Source: Alphaproteobacteria bacterium (GTDB taxonomy: Bacteria; Pseudomonadota; Alphaproteobacteria; SHVP01). From it: DNA of 64,000 nt. Positions within the stretch are counted from its first letter, which is position 1; each line of letters opens with the position of its first letter. The position numbers and the translations under genes were made by a program. Under the pieces are notes generated by a model. The model was not told the DNA's origin. It was given only the letters and a program-made list of their open reading frames with translations, and searched no databases. Of this stretch, positions 26,812 to 36,176 are shown one piece after another. The stretch is taken from contig JAVJOO010000004.1 of NCBI GenBank assembly GCA_040216735.1, positions 19,019 through 83,018 of the forward strand, written 5' to 3'.

Positions 26812-28419
26812 TTGGATACGTTCGACTTCATCGTCGTCGGGGCGGGATCCGCCGGCTGCGCCGTCGCCCATCGATTGTCGGAGGATCCGCGCAACACCGT
26901 GCTGTTGCTGGAAGCCGGCCGTTCCGACCGCCATCCGTTCGTGCCGATCCCCTTCATGACCCGGCTTTTGTTCACGATGCCGTCGCTCAACTGGGGTTAC
27001 GGCACCGAACCCGAGGCCGGTCTTGGCGGGCGGCCCATTCACTGGCCGCGGGGCAAGTTGCTGGGCGGCTCGTCCTCGATCAACGGGATGACCTTCGTGC
27101 GGGGCCATCCCACCGACTACGACGGCTGGCGCCAACGTGGGGCGGCGGGGTGGTCCTACCGGGAGGTATTGCCCTACTTCAAGCGGATGGAACGCCACGA
27201 CACCAAGCGTTCGCCCTATCGCGGCGACGCGGGGCCGTTGCACATTACCCAGGCGCAGCGCGAAGGCGCGTTGAACGAGGCCTTTCTAGCCGCCGGAGCC
27301 GAGGCTGGGTATCGCGAAACCGAGGACTTCAACGGACGCGAGCAGGAAGGGTTCGGTATCCACGATTTTGCCATCGCCGATGCGCGGCGGCAGAGCGCAG
27401 CGGTTGCCTACCTGCACCCCATTCGGGGGCGCCAGAACCTGACAATAAAAACCAACGCGACGGCGCGCCGCGTCGAATTCGAGGGACACCGGGCGCGCGG
27501 CGTCGCGTTCGATGTCGCCGGTGAAACGAACACTGCGTTTGCGCGGCGTGAGGTGATCCTCTGCGGCGGCGCGGTCAACTCGCCGATGCTGTTGATGCAT
27601 TCGGGCATTGGTCCGGCCGCTCATCTGCAAGGTTTCGGAATCGCGCCGTTGGTGGATGCGCCGGAGGTCGGCGCCAATCTGCAGGATCATTTGGGCGCCT
27701 ACACGGCCTTCCACTGCCTGCAACCGGTCAGCCTCAACCACTTGATGCGGCCCGATCATGCCGCGGCTGCCTATTTGAAAGCCGTTCTCTTTCGCCGTGG
27801 CCCCGGTGCGCAAATCCCCATCCAGGGCTGCGCCTTCCTCAGGACGCGCGACGATTTGGCCGCGCCCGATGTGCAAGTCACGTTAGTGCCGGGACTGCTC
27901 AATCGGATCGTTGCGTTTAGGCCCACCCATGGGTTTCTCATCCACGTCTATCAACTGCGCCCCGCAAGCCGCGGCAGCATTACGCTGAGCTCGGCCAATC
28001 CGATGGACAAACCGGTCATCGCGGCGAACTACCTGTCCGACCCTGAAGACCTCGTCACCCTGCGGCGCGGAGTACGTCTCGCTCGGTCGCTGGCCCACCG
28101 GCCCAGTTTCGATCCCTATCGCGGCGCCGAGATCGCGCCCGGCCGGAACATCGAGGCCGACGACGAACTCGACACTTGGATTCGGGCCAATGCCACCACG
28201 GCCTATCACCCCGTCGGAACGTGCCGCATGGGCGGCGATGCACGCGCGGTGGTCGACCCGGAACTGCGCGTGCAAGGCGTTACCGGTTTGCGCGTCGCCG
28301 ATGCCTCGATCATGCCGGCGATCACCAGCGGCAACACCAACGCTCCGGCGATCATGATCGGCGAAAAAGCCGCCGATCTCATCCTGGGCCGCTCGCCGCT
28401 TCCCGCCGAAACGCCCTAG
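26812..28419 (+). CDS. GMC-family FAD oxidoreductase (choline-dehydrogenase-like), copy 1
   Basis: ORF 26749..28419. I prefer TTG 26812 (SD GGGAGGGGAGG upstream), which gives MDTFDFIVVGAGSAGC and matches the paralogue's MSFDFIIVGAGSAGC. Also GGSSSINGM and the C-terminal HPVGTCRMG. Confidence 0.85.
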   Translation: MDTFDFIVVGAGSAGCAVAHRLSEDPRNTVLLLEAGRSDRHPFVPIPFMTRLLFTMPSLNWGYGTEPEAGLGGRPIHWPRGKLLGGSSSINGMTFVRGHPTDYDGWRQRGAAGWSYREVLPYFKRMERHDTKRSPYRGDAGPLHITQAQREGALNEAFLAAGAEAGYRETEDFNGREQEGFGIHDFAIADARRQSAAVAYLHPIRGRQNLTIKTNATARRVEFEGHRARGVAFDVAGETNTAFARREVILCGGAVNSPMLLMHSGIGPAAHLQGFGIAPLVDAPEVGANLQDHLGAYTAFHCLQPVSLNHLMRPDHAAAAYLKAVLFRRGPGAQIPIQGCAFLRTRDDLAAPDVQVTLVPGLLNRIVAFRPTHGFLIHVYQLRPASRGSITLSSANPMDKPVIAANYLSDPEDLVTLRRGVRLARSLAHRPSFDPYRGAEIAPGRNIEADDELDTWIRANATTAYHPVGTCRMGGDARAVVDPELRVQGVTGLRVADASIMPAITSGNTNAPAIMIGEKAADLILGRSPLPAETP

Positions 28420-28560
28420 GGTCCAACACGCATCGGATAGGGCCGATCACAATTGCGGTCCCGCCCCAGCACATTCTCGGTCCCGCCCTTGCCGCGCCGT
28501 ATTTCTATGGCCAACTATCGCCAACCGTTGCCCGGTCGGAAGGGGCGGCGGAGCGCAGGG

Positions 28561-28735
28561 CTAAGCTATTGTTAAAAAAAAGAGTTTGGCTTCGTTCGTT
28601 GGGCGGAAAATGTTAAGTCTCTGAAAAATATTAGAAAATTTGGGTTCGTTTGGTATTTTTTGATGTCGTTGGCGAGGCGATTATTCCTAACTCAAGGAAA
28701 ACTGCGGGTGTTGGCTTTGTTTCGGCGTTTGGTGG
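28561..28735 (+). promoter_or_regulatory. AT-rich, repeat-bearing promoter/leader region upstream of the DEAD-box helicase gene
   Basis: It contains an A8 run (28574-28581). The 12-mer TTTGGCTTCGTT (28585) recurs as TTTGGGTTCGTT (28639) and GTTGGCTTTGTT (28710). GC is visibly much lower than in the flanks. No convincing ORF is present. Confidence 0.35.
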
Positions 28736-29024
28736 GTGAGGGGGCATCGCGCCGGTCTCTAAACCAAGGGGCTAGGCGATTTCCTTTGCTATTCCCCCTG
28801 GGGTGTGGTTCATAGCGCCATCTCCTGCCGCGCGTAGATGACGAACTCGTCGTTGGCGGCAAGTGTTTCTTGCGGTAGCCACCTCATACGAGCCGCCAAT
28901 CAAGAGTGCCGTTAAGGCACATGACCCCGGTAGCTGGTCTACGCGAGCTTCCCCCATAGGAACGAAACGTCGAATCGCGCTCAGGACGAGTCCGGGCGCG
29001 CGGCGGAACTTTGAAAGTTTACAA

Positions 29025-30431
29025 TTGACACAATTTAGCGACCTCGGCCTCGCCGAGGGTCTCCTTCGGGCCCTTTCGGGCGAAGGCTACACCACCCCCA
29101 CACCCATTCAGATGCGCGTGATCCCGGCGATCCTGGCAGGGAACGACGTTCTCGGCACGGCCCAAACCGGCACCGGCAAGACCGCGGCGTTCGTCCTCCC
29201 CATCCTCCAGCAAATGATCGATCAACCGTCGTCGTTCAACAAGAAGGGATGCCGTGCGCTGATCCTCGCGCCCACCCGTGAACTTGCGACGCAGATCGCC
29301 GATAGCATTCGCACCTACGGACGCAACAACCAGACGACCGTTGCCGTCGTGGTCGGGGGTGTTCGGCCCGGCCCGCAGATCAAAGCGGTCGCGCCCGGGA
29401 TCGACTTCATCGTTGCCACCCCCGGCCGTCTGCTGGATCACCTTTCCGCCGGCGCCATTCAACTAAATGGGACGACGACCGTCGTACTCGACGAAGCCGA
29501 TCAAATGCTCGATCTTGGCTTCATCCCGGCAATTCGTAAGATTTTGGCAAAGGTCCCTGAGGGCCGGCAGACCATGCTGTTGTCGGCGACCATGCCGAAA
29601 CAAATTCGCCGCCTCGCAAGCGACTTTCTGCGCAATCCGACCGAGGTCGCGGTCGCGCCGGAATCGCGGCCGATCGAGAAGATCGATCAGAAGGTGATGT
29701 TTATCGACGCCGCTTCCAAACGGCGCGCGCTTGTCGGCATTCTGAACGGCGCCGAAGTCGAGCGGGCCATTGTCTTTACCCGTACCAAGCGCGGCGCGGA
29801 CAAGGTCAATCAGCATCTCGAAAAAGCGGGAATCACTGCTTCGGCAATCCACGGCAACAAAAGCCAGCGCGAACGCGAACGATCGTTGGAGGCTTTCCGC
29901 AGCGGGCGGGTCAAGGTCATGGTTGCCACCGATATTGCGGCGCGCGGGATCGATGTCGATAACATTTCCCACGTGGTCAATTTCGAACTGCCCCACGTGC
30001 CGGAATCCTATGTCCACCGGATCGGGCGGACGGCGCGAGCTGGGAAGAGCGGTATCGCGATTTCCCTGTGCGACCGCGAGGAACGCGGCCAACTGCGCGA
30101 CATCGAACGCCTCGTCGGCTACGGCTTAGCCACGCTGGCCAATCCGTTCGGCGAAGACGCGCGGGGAGAACGCCAGGAGCGCGGCGACCGGCCGGAGCGA
30201 TCCGACCGGAAACCTGCCCCGACAACGCCGCGTAAGCCGAACCGGCGCCGCCCGGCGCAAAGCCGAAAGGCCCAAGAGAATCGGAAGAAAGCAGGCGGCA
30301 CCCAGGGTAAGCGGCGCAACGACAAAAACGTCGGCGAAGCCCGCGCAGGCGACTCCAACACTGCCGGTCTCGCGCGTGTCCTCGGCAAGGTCGGCGTCAG
30401 CGCCGCCGGCGAAAACTACCTGCGCCGCTAG
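29025..30431 (+). CDS. rhlE: DEAD-box ATP-dependent RNA helicase (RhlE-like) with basic C-terminal tail
   Basis: ORF 28863..30431 (GTG). I prefer TTG 29025, giving MTQFSDLGLAEGLL... as in RhlE homologues. It has the Q-motif TPTPIQ, AQTGTGKTAAF, DEAD, SAT, HRIGRTARAG and an Arg/Lys-rich tail. The start is uncertain. Confidence 0.85.
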   Translation: MTQFSDLGLAEGLLRALSGEGYTTPTPIQMRVIPAILAGNDVLGTAQTGTGKTAAFVLPILQQMIDQPSSFNKKGCRALILAPTRELATQIADSIRTYGRNNQTTVAVVVGGVRPGPQIKAVAPGIDFIVATPGRLLDHLSAGAIQLNGTTTVVLDEADQMLDLGFIPAIRKILAKVPEGRQTMLLSATMPKQIRRLASDFLRNPTEVAVAPESRPIEKIDQKVMFIDAASKRRALVGILNGAEVERAIVFTRTKRGADKVNQHLEKAGITASAIHGNKSQRERERSLEAFRSGRVKVMVATDIAARGIDVDNISHVVNFELPHVPESYVHRIGRTARAGKSGIAISLCDREERGQLRDIERLVGYGLATLANPFGEDARGERQERGDRPERSDRKPAPTTPRKPNRRRPAQSRKAQENRKKAGGTQGKRRNDKNVGEARAGDSNTAGLARVLGKVGVSAAGENYLRR

Positions 30432-30454
30432 GCTGCGTTGCGGCTCGCATGAAC

Positions 30455-30489
30455 AGGGGCGGCCGGGCGGTATAGTACCCCCGGCCCCT
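30455..30489. terminator. GC-rich hairpin after rhlE (putative)
   Basis: GGCCGGG (30461-30467) pairs with CCCGGCC (30480-30486), with a 12-nt loop and a partly extendable stem. There is no U-tract. Confidence 0.3.
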
Positions 30490-30612
30490 CGATCGGTGCT
30501 GCGCGCCCGGAACAAGCGACCGGGTCACCGGAATTAAGTTGCGAGACACACCTAGCATCGAACCCACTTGCGGGCCGATGGTCGTGCGCCGTTATCGGTT
30601 CTGCCTCGGTGG

Positions 30613-31437
30613 TCAGGGCGTTCCAACGTCGTGTCGGCTCTCGCGGACCAGCCGGTTTGCCCACGGCTTGCGCCAGGATAGTTCGTGCCAACGTCCTCCA
30701 AGGACTTTTGCTCCCTTGAGGAAGGCCAACTCAGGTGCGTGCGCATGAAACGTCGCGGCACCCGACCAAAGGTTCGTCACCGCGACGTCGTCCATCGAAC
30801 TGCACACCATCCGCCGGGTCGCCACTCTCGAAACGGGATCGACCAGAACGGTCTCGGTGTAATGGTGGTTGGTGGCGGCCGGATCCAGCGCGATATCGTG
30901 GCCGTCGATGGTTGGCGGTAGGTCGCCCTCACGGTCGAGGGAGACCGCGATATCGAATACAGACCGTCGCCCGCGCGAGACCAATCCGGTGGCGGAATCG
31001 CCGGCCCGCCACGACCGGCGCAACGGCGGTCGTGTCAAACACATATCGCCCAACCGCTGCTGCCAGCCGTAGAGTTCTCGGCCGACGGCCAGTTCCGCAT
31101 CGGAGGTGCACCAAAGAAACGGTGCCCAGTGTCCTGTGACGCCGTCGCATTCCACCATGAAGCCAGCGACCGCTTCGCCAAAATGAGCCTGATCCGGTTC
31201 CTCCTGCATGAACCGCTCGCCCAGTCCGTAGTCGCATACCATATCGTGGAGGCTCAACCGGCAGACCGGGCTCCCTGTTAGCTTCAGCGGCGCTGGAATC
31301 AGGTCGGCAACGGTCTCTGGGTCGAAGGTCAACAGAACCGACGCGCTGTACCCTTCGAAGTACCATGGCGGCGGGCCGTAAGGCGCGAACCGGCCCCCGT
31401 TCGCGGTCGGTATCGTCGTTGGGCTGCCGTCCGTCAT
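30613..31437 (-). CDS. acetoacetate decarboxylase (ADC) family protein
   Basis: ATG 31437 inside ORF 30613..31524. APYGPPPWYFEGYSASVLLTFDPETVADLIPAPLKL and RELYGWQQRLG resemble the ADC-family N-terminus and YG(F/W)PK block. Confidence 0.75.
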   Translation of the reverse strand: MTDGSPTTIPTANGGRFAPYGPPPWYFEGYSASVLLTFDPETVADLIPAPLKLTGSPVCRLSLHDMVCDYGLGERFMQEEPDQAHFGEAVAGFMVECDGVTGHWAPFLWCTSDAELAVGRELYGWQQRLGDMCLTRPPLRRSWRAGDSATGLVSRGRRSVFDIAVSLDREGDLPPTIDGHDIALDPAATNHHYTETVLVDPVSRVATRRMVCSSMDDVAVTNLWSGAATFHAHAPELAFLKGAKVLGGRWHELSWRKPWANRLVRESRHDVGTP

Positions 31438-31544
31438 ACGTGGTCCTCGCAATTTCTTCATTCGGTGTCGCGCGCTTTCTGCGTCCAAGCATTGAACTGT
31501 TCGCGCGAATTGGCAACCATGCATCTGTCCGTACAGAGATCGGA

Positions 31545-33515
31545 GTGCCGTTGCCCCATCCCGCCTATCCCCACGTCTTCAACCCGCTGAAACTCGGCGG
31601 CCTCACGCTGCGCAATCGGATATTCGTGCCGGCCCACACTACCAATTTCGGTGTGGACAATCTGCCGAGCCCGCAACATGTCGCCTACCACCGTGCCCGC
31701 GCAAAGGGCGGGGCGGCGATGATTATCTTCGAGGGTATTCGGGTCCACCGCAGTTCGTTGGGGCGAAGCCAAGGGGTAAACGGGTACGATCCCGCGTGCA
31801 TACCCAAGTTCGCGGCCGTGGCCGATGCGGTCAAGGCCGAGGGCGCGCACCTTTTGGGTCAGGTGATTCATTTGGGTCGACATATCGACGGTAACTTCGC
31901 GCGAATGCCGTCATGGAGTGCGTCGGCGATTCCCTGGAGCGCGACGGCACCGCCGCCGCACCCGATGACGATCGGCGAGATCGAAGAGGTCGTTCACGCC
32001 CACGCGTTTGTCGCCGCGAACCTAGTCGAGGCGGGCCTGGCGGGCGTCGAAGTACAGATGGCCCACGGCCATTTGCTCCAACAATTTATGTCGCCCGCGA
32101 GCAATCGACGGACCGACGCCTACGGTGGCGACGAAACGAATCGTCTGCGGTTCGCGACAGAAACCCTGCGTGCGGTCAGGGAAGCAGTTGGGCCCGACAT
32201 TGTCGTCGGCGTTCGGCTTAGCGGCGACGAGTTCCTTCCTGGAGGCCTCACCATCGACGACATGTGTCGGATCGTGCCGCAGATCGCCGCTGCGGCGAAG
32301 ATTGACTTCGTCAACATCAGTCATTCCGCCTACCACGGGAGCTATACTGTTTCGACACAGATGGCCGACATGAGCTTTCCGGTGGGCTCGTTCCGCAACG
32401 TCACGCGGCGGATTCGTACGGCGCTTGAAGGATTAGCAGTGCCCCCGGTCGTGATGACCGTGTGTCAGTACCGCGACATCGCGGAAGCCGAGGCGGTTCT
32501 CGCCGAAGGGATGACCGACATGGTCGGGATGGCGCGCGCCCACATTGCCGACTCCGAAATCGTTCGCAAGGCGGAAACCGGCCGCGAGCGCGAGACCACA
32601 CCGTGTATCGCCTGCAACCAAGGGTGCGCGGGCATGCTCGCGCTCAATTTGCCAATAACCTGTCTTGCAAACCCCCAGACCGGGCGCGAAGGTCAGGCTC
32701 CGCAGATTTCCGTACAGGCGCCGCGCCGCATCTTGGTTATCGGTGGCGGACCGGCAGGGATGAAGGCTGCCGAGGTTGCGGCTGCGCGGGGCCACCGGGT
32801 CGCCTTGTGGGAGCGCTCGGCCCGGCTCGGCGGCCGTTTGAACACAGCCCGGGCGATGCCACTACGCCAGGAGTTCGCCAAACTTTTGGACCACCTTGAG
32901 CATGGGTGCCGCGCCCGGGGTGTCGATGTCGTCCTGAACAAGTCCGCTGACGAGGCCGCCGTTCAAGGGTTCGGTGCGGACGACGTGATCCTGGCGACAG
33001 GCGCCCGCCAGCCCGGGATGACCTTTGAGGGCGGGGGCGCCGGCTTGTCGCTCGATCAAGCCGTTGCCGACCCCGGCGCGCTCGGCGACCGTGTCGTTCT
33101 GGTCGATACGCTGGGCACGTGGACCACCGCCTCGGTTGCGGAATACATCGCGGATCTCGGCAAACAGGTCGTGTTGATGGTGCCTACCGGGGTGCCGGCG
33201 TGGACGATCAGCATGTACAGCGTCTACGCTCTGACCAAACGGCTGCGGGACAAAAGGGTTCAAGTGCTGGGCCAGCACCGGCCAGAGTCGTTTGTCGACG
33301 GCCGCTTCCTAGCCCGCGATCTGAGCACCGACGAGGTGCGGGACATCGGCAAAGTCGATTCGGTCGTTGCGCCGACAACCGGGCAGCCCAACGACGACCT
33401 CGCCCATCGCCTGCGACAGAATACCGCCCGGCTTCATGTCATCGGCGATGCGATGTCGCCGCGGACGGCCCTAGAAGCGATCTTCGAGGGCGACGAACTC
33501 GCTCGGTCGCTATGA
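31545..33515 (+). CDS. OYE-like FMN domain fused to FAD/NAD(P)-binding domain, Fe-S flavoprotein of the 2,4-dienoyl-CoA reductase / trimethylamine dehydrogenase family
   Basis: ORF 31365..33515 has no early ATG, so I use GTG 31545 (MPLPHPAYPHVFNPLKLGGLTLRNRIFVPAHTT). The 4Fe-4S motif C-x2-C-x3-C-x11-C is in TPCIACNQGCAGMLALNLPITC. A Rossmann motif follows (ILVIGGGPAGMKAAE). Confidence 0.85.
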   Translation: MPLPHPAYPHVFNPLKLGGLTLRNRIFVPAHTTNFGVDNLPSPQHVAYHRARAKGGAAMIIFEGIRVHRSSLGRSQGVNGYDPACIPKFAAVADAVKAEGAHLLGQVIHLGRHIDGNFARMPSWSASAIPWSATAPPPHPMTIGEIEEVVHAHAFVAANLVEAGLAGVEVQMAHGHLLQQFMSPASNRRTDAYGGDETNRLRFATETLRAVREAVGPDIVVGVRLSGDEFLPGGLTIDDMCRIVPQIAAAAKIDFVNISHSAYHGSYTVSTQMADMSFPVGSFRNVTRRIRTALEGLAVPPVVMTVCQYRDIAEAEAVLAEGMTDMVGMARAHIADSEIVRKAETGRERETTPCIACNQGCAGMLALNLPITCLANPQTGREGQAPQISVQAPRRILVIGGGPAGMKAAEVAAARGHRVALWERSARLGGRLNTARAMPLRQEFAKLLDHLEHGCRARGVDVVLNKSADEAAVQGFGADDVILATGARQPGMTFEGGGAGLSLDQAVADPGALGDRVVLVDTLGTWTTASVAEYIADLGKQVVLMVPTGVPAWTISMYSVYALTKRLRDKRVQVLGQHRPESFVDGRFLARDLSTDEVRDIGKVDSVVAPTTGQPNDDLAHRLRQNTARLHVIGDAMSPRTALEAIFEGDELARSL

Positions 33516-35131
33516 GCTTCGATTTCATTATCGTTGGCGCCGGATCGGCCGGTTGCGTTCTGGCGAATCGCTTGAGCGAAAATCCACGCAACCGGGTTCT
33601 GCTGTTGGAGGCCGGCGGCGCCGACCGAAACCCAATGATCGGCATCCCGCTCTTGACGCGGATTCTTTACACCATGCCGTCGTTGAACTGGGGTTACGAC
33701 ACCGAACCGCAAACCCAATTGAAGGGCCGCCGGATACATTGGCCGCGCGGCAAAGTCCTTGGCGGGTCGTCGACCATAAACGGGATGGTCTACATCCGTG
33801 GACAGGCAGCGGATTTCGACGGTTGGCGGCAGGACGGCTGTGACGGCTGGTCGTACGAGGACGTTCTGCCCTACTTCAAGCGATCGGAGAACCACGTCGA
33901 GTTCGGCGCGCCCTTTCACGGCGAGGGCGGCCCGTTGTCCATCGAGCGGGCGGCGCCGGGTAGCATTCTCGAAGAGGCCTATGTCGATGCCTGCCGCGCC
34001 GCAGGTATCCAACCGACGGACGATTTCAACGGGGCACAGTTCGAAGGGGTTGGCGTCCACGACTTCACGATGCACCGCGGTCGCCGGCACAGCACGTCAG
34101 CCGCATTCCTAAAGCCGGCTCTGAAGCGGTCTAATCTCAGTGTCGTCACCGGGGCCACGGCGACAAAACTGTTGTTTGAGGGCCGCAAGGCAGTGGGCGT
34201 CGCCTATCGTTGGGGCGAAATCACGATGCACGCTTATGCGGCATCGAGCGTCGTTCTATGCGGCGGGGCGGTGAATAGCCCGGCGTTGCTTCTGCGCTCA
34301 GGGGTGGGCAGCGGCGCGGACCTCGCTGCTCTCGGAATCGAAGCGGTCCACGACCTGCCTGGCGTTGGCAGAAACCTCCAGGATCATCTTGGGGTCTATG
34401 CCGCCTATGAATGTTCCCAGCCGGTGAGCCTACGGCGCGTGCTCCGGCCGGACCGTGCGGCCCTCGCGGTCGCGCGCGCCTATCTTTTCGGGACCGGCGT
34501 TGGGTCGGCGGTGCCGCTCCGATGCTGCACCATCACACGATCGGATGCCGCGCTCGATGTGCCCGACCTGAAGATGACGATGATCCCGAGTTTGGTAGTT
34601 GAGAATCCGTGGCGCCGGGCCGGAAAGGAAGGTTTCTCCATTCACGCCTATCGCCTTCGGCCCGAAAGCCGGGGGCGCCTGTGGCTGCGTTCGCCCGATC
34701 CCGAGGACAAACCGGCCATCGACCCAATGTACCTGTCCGCTGAAAGCGACCGTTTGGCGTTGCGCCGGGCGCTGGCGCGCATTCGGGAAATCGCCGCCCA
34801 AGCGCCGTTCGACGCGTACCGATCGGACGAGATCGCGCCGGGGAACGCGGTCACTCGCGAGTCGGACATCGACGATTGGATCGCCGCCAACGCCACGACA
34901 TCGTTCCATCCGGTCGGTACCTGTAAAATGGGCCGCGGTGCGGACAGCGTTGTCGGTCCCGATTTGCGGGTCCATGGACTCGAGAATCTCTTTGTTGCCG
35001 ATGCGTCGATCATGCCCTCGATCACCAGCGGCAATACCAATGCGCCAACGATCATGATTGCCGAAAAAGCAGCCGACTTTATCTTGGGCCGGGGCGCGCC
35101 GGGCGATTACCGCCAACAACAACGGGGATGA
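33512..35131 (+). CDS. GMC-family FAD oxidoreductase, copy 2
   Basis: ATG 33512 inside ORF 33119..35131 overlaps the previous stop (ATGA). MSFDFIIVGAGSAGC, GGSSTINGM, HPVGTCKMG. It is collinear with copy 1. Confidence 0.85.
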   Translation: MSFDFIIVGAGSAGCVLANRLSENPRNRVLLLEAGGADRNPMIGIPLLTRILYTMPSLNWGYDTEPQTQLKGRRIHWPRGKVLGGSSTINGMVYIRGQAADFDGWRQDGCDGWSYEDVLPYFKRSENHVEFGAPFHGEGGPLSIERAAPGSILEEAYVDACRAAGIQPTDDFNGAQFEGVGVHDFTMHRGRRHSTSAAFLKPALKRSNLSVVTGATATKLLFEGRKAVGVAYRWGEITMHAYAASSVVLCGGAVNSPALLLRSGVGSGADLAALGIEAVHDLPGVGRNLQDHLGVYAAYECSQPVSLRRVLRPDRAALAVARAYLFGTGVGSAVPLRCCTITRSDAALDVPDLKMTMIPSLVVENPWRRAGKEGFSIHAYRLRPESRGRLWLRSPDPEDKPAIDPMYLSAESDRLALRRALARIREIAAQAPFDAYRSDEIAPGNAVTRESDIDDWIAANATTSFHPVGTCKMGRGADSVVGPDLRVHGLENLFVADASIMPSITSGNTNAPTIMIAEKAADFILGRGAPGDYRQQQRG

Positions 35132-35135
35132 ATCC

Positions 35136-36176
35136 GTGACACTTCTGGCACGTAATATGGATGCAAAGGACTGGCCGATTGCCCCTGTATTCTCGGGGCG
35201 TCCGGGGACGGACTGGCTCGATCGACAGACATCTGAGTCGGCGTACATTGTTACGGTTCCATCTGCGGTTCGGGAGCAAGCCGAGGCGGCACTGGTCACA
35301 ATCCGGCGCAACGGTATGGGAATTGACGACGTTGAGCAGGAGGATATTCGCCTTCCGGCACTCATCGACGTCGTCGCCGACGTTCACGCACGGCTGGACC
35401 GCGGCCCCGGATTTGTCATCCTGCGCGGGCTGGCTTTCGACTCGTTCACGGAAGCGGACTGCGAGATCGCGACGTGGGGTGTAGGGAACTACTTCGGCCG
35501 CCCGGTGCGCCAAGGGCTCAAGAAAGATCGCCGTTTGTTCACGGTGACGAACCATCAGGGAGCGTACCAGGATCCCACGCGGATCGGTGCGACAACCCAG
35601 TTATCCCATCCCCATACCGACAACGGATGCCTCGAACCGCGCCCGCCCGACTACGTCCTCCTGGCCTGCCACCGCCAAGCCAAAAGCGGTGGAGAGAGTA
35701 CGATCGTATCGGCCTATGCGCTTCATGAAGCCTTTGCGCGGCGGCGCCCCGACCTGTTGCCGCTGCTTTATCGACCGTTTCATTTCTTGCCACCGAAACT
35801 CCATGCGTGGCCATCCGGACCGAACACGATCGTAAAGCCGATCTTCGAAACCGATGGATCGACGCTCCACGTGCACTACGCGCGCGTGATGGTGGAACCC
35901 GGTATGGAGCTCGCGGGCACACCGCTGACATCCGATCAACGCGCCGCGCTGGACCTATTGGATGAACTCCTCACCGATCCGGCGTTGGTGTCGACCTGCC
36001 GCATGCAAACCGGCGATGCGCTGATCAACAACAATCGGTCGACCTTACACGGTCGGCTCGCCTACCAGGACGATCCGCAAAGTCCCCGCAACCTCAAACG
36101 ATTGTGGTTGTGGCAGCGCCATCGCGGTGCGGGTACCGATCCTATTGCGCTCGACCGCGTCGAGTTCAACGCATGA
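35136..36176 (+). CDS. TauD/TfdA-family Fe(II)/2-oxoglutarate-dependent dioxygenase
   Basis: GTG 35136 (alternative ATG 35157) inside ORF 35058..36176. HxD facial-triad motif SHPHTDNG, distal His in NNRSTLHGR, and GPGFVILRG near the N-terminus. Confidence 0.8.
   Translation: MTLLARNMDAKDWPIAPVFSGRPGTDWLDRQTSESAYIVTVPSAVREQAEAALVTIRRNGMGIDDVEQEDIRLPALIDVVADVHARLDRGPGFVILRGLAFDSFTEADCEIATWGVGNYFGRPVRQGLKKDRRLFTVTNHQGAYQDPTRIGATTQLSHPHTDNGCLEPRPPDYVLLACHRQAKSGGESTIVSAYALHEAFARRRPDLLPLLYRPFHFLPPKLHAWPSGPNTIVKPIFETDGSTLHVHYARVMVEPGMELAGTPLTSDQRAALDLLDELLTDPALVSTCRMQTGDALINNNRSTLHGRLAYQDDPQSPRNLKRLWLWQRHRGAGTDPIALDRVEFNA

Noticed and set aside
28663-28815. A 50-codon ORF (MSLARRLFLTQGKLRV...) inside the rhlE leader.
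   Set aside because: It has atypical codon usage for this genome (TTA, CTA, AGG, CGA), no SD and no recognisable family. It is more likely non-coding leader sequence.
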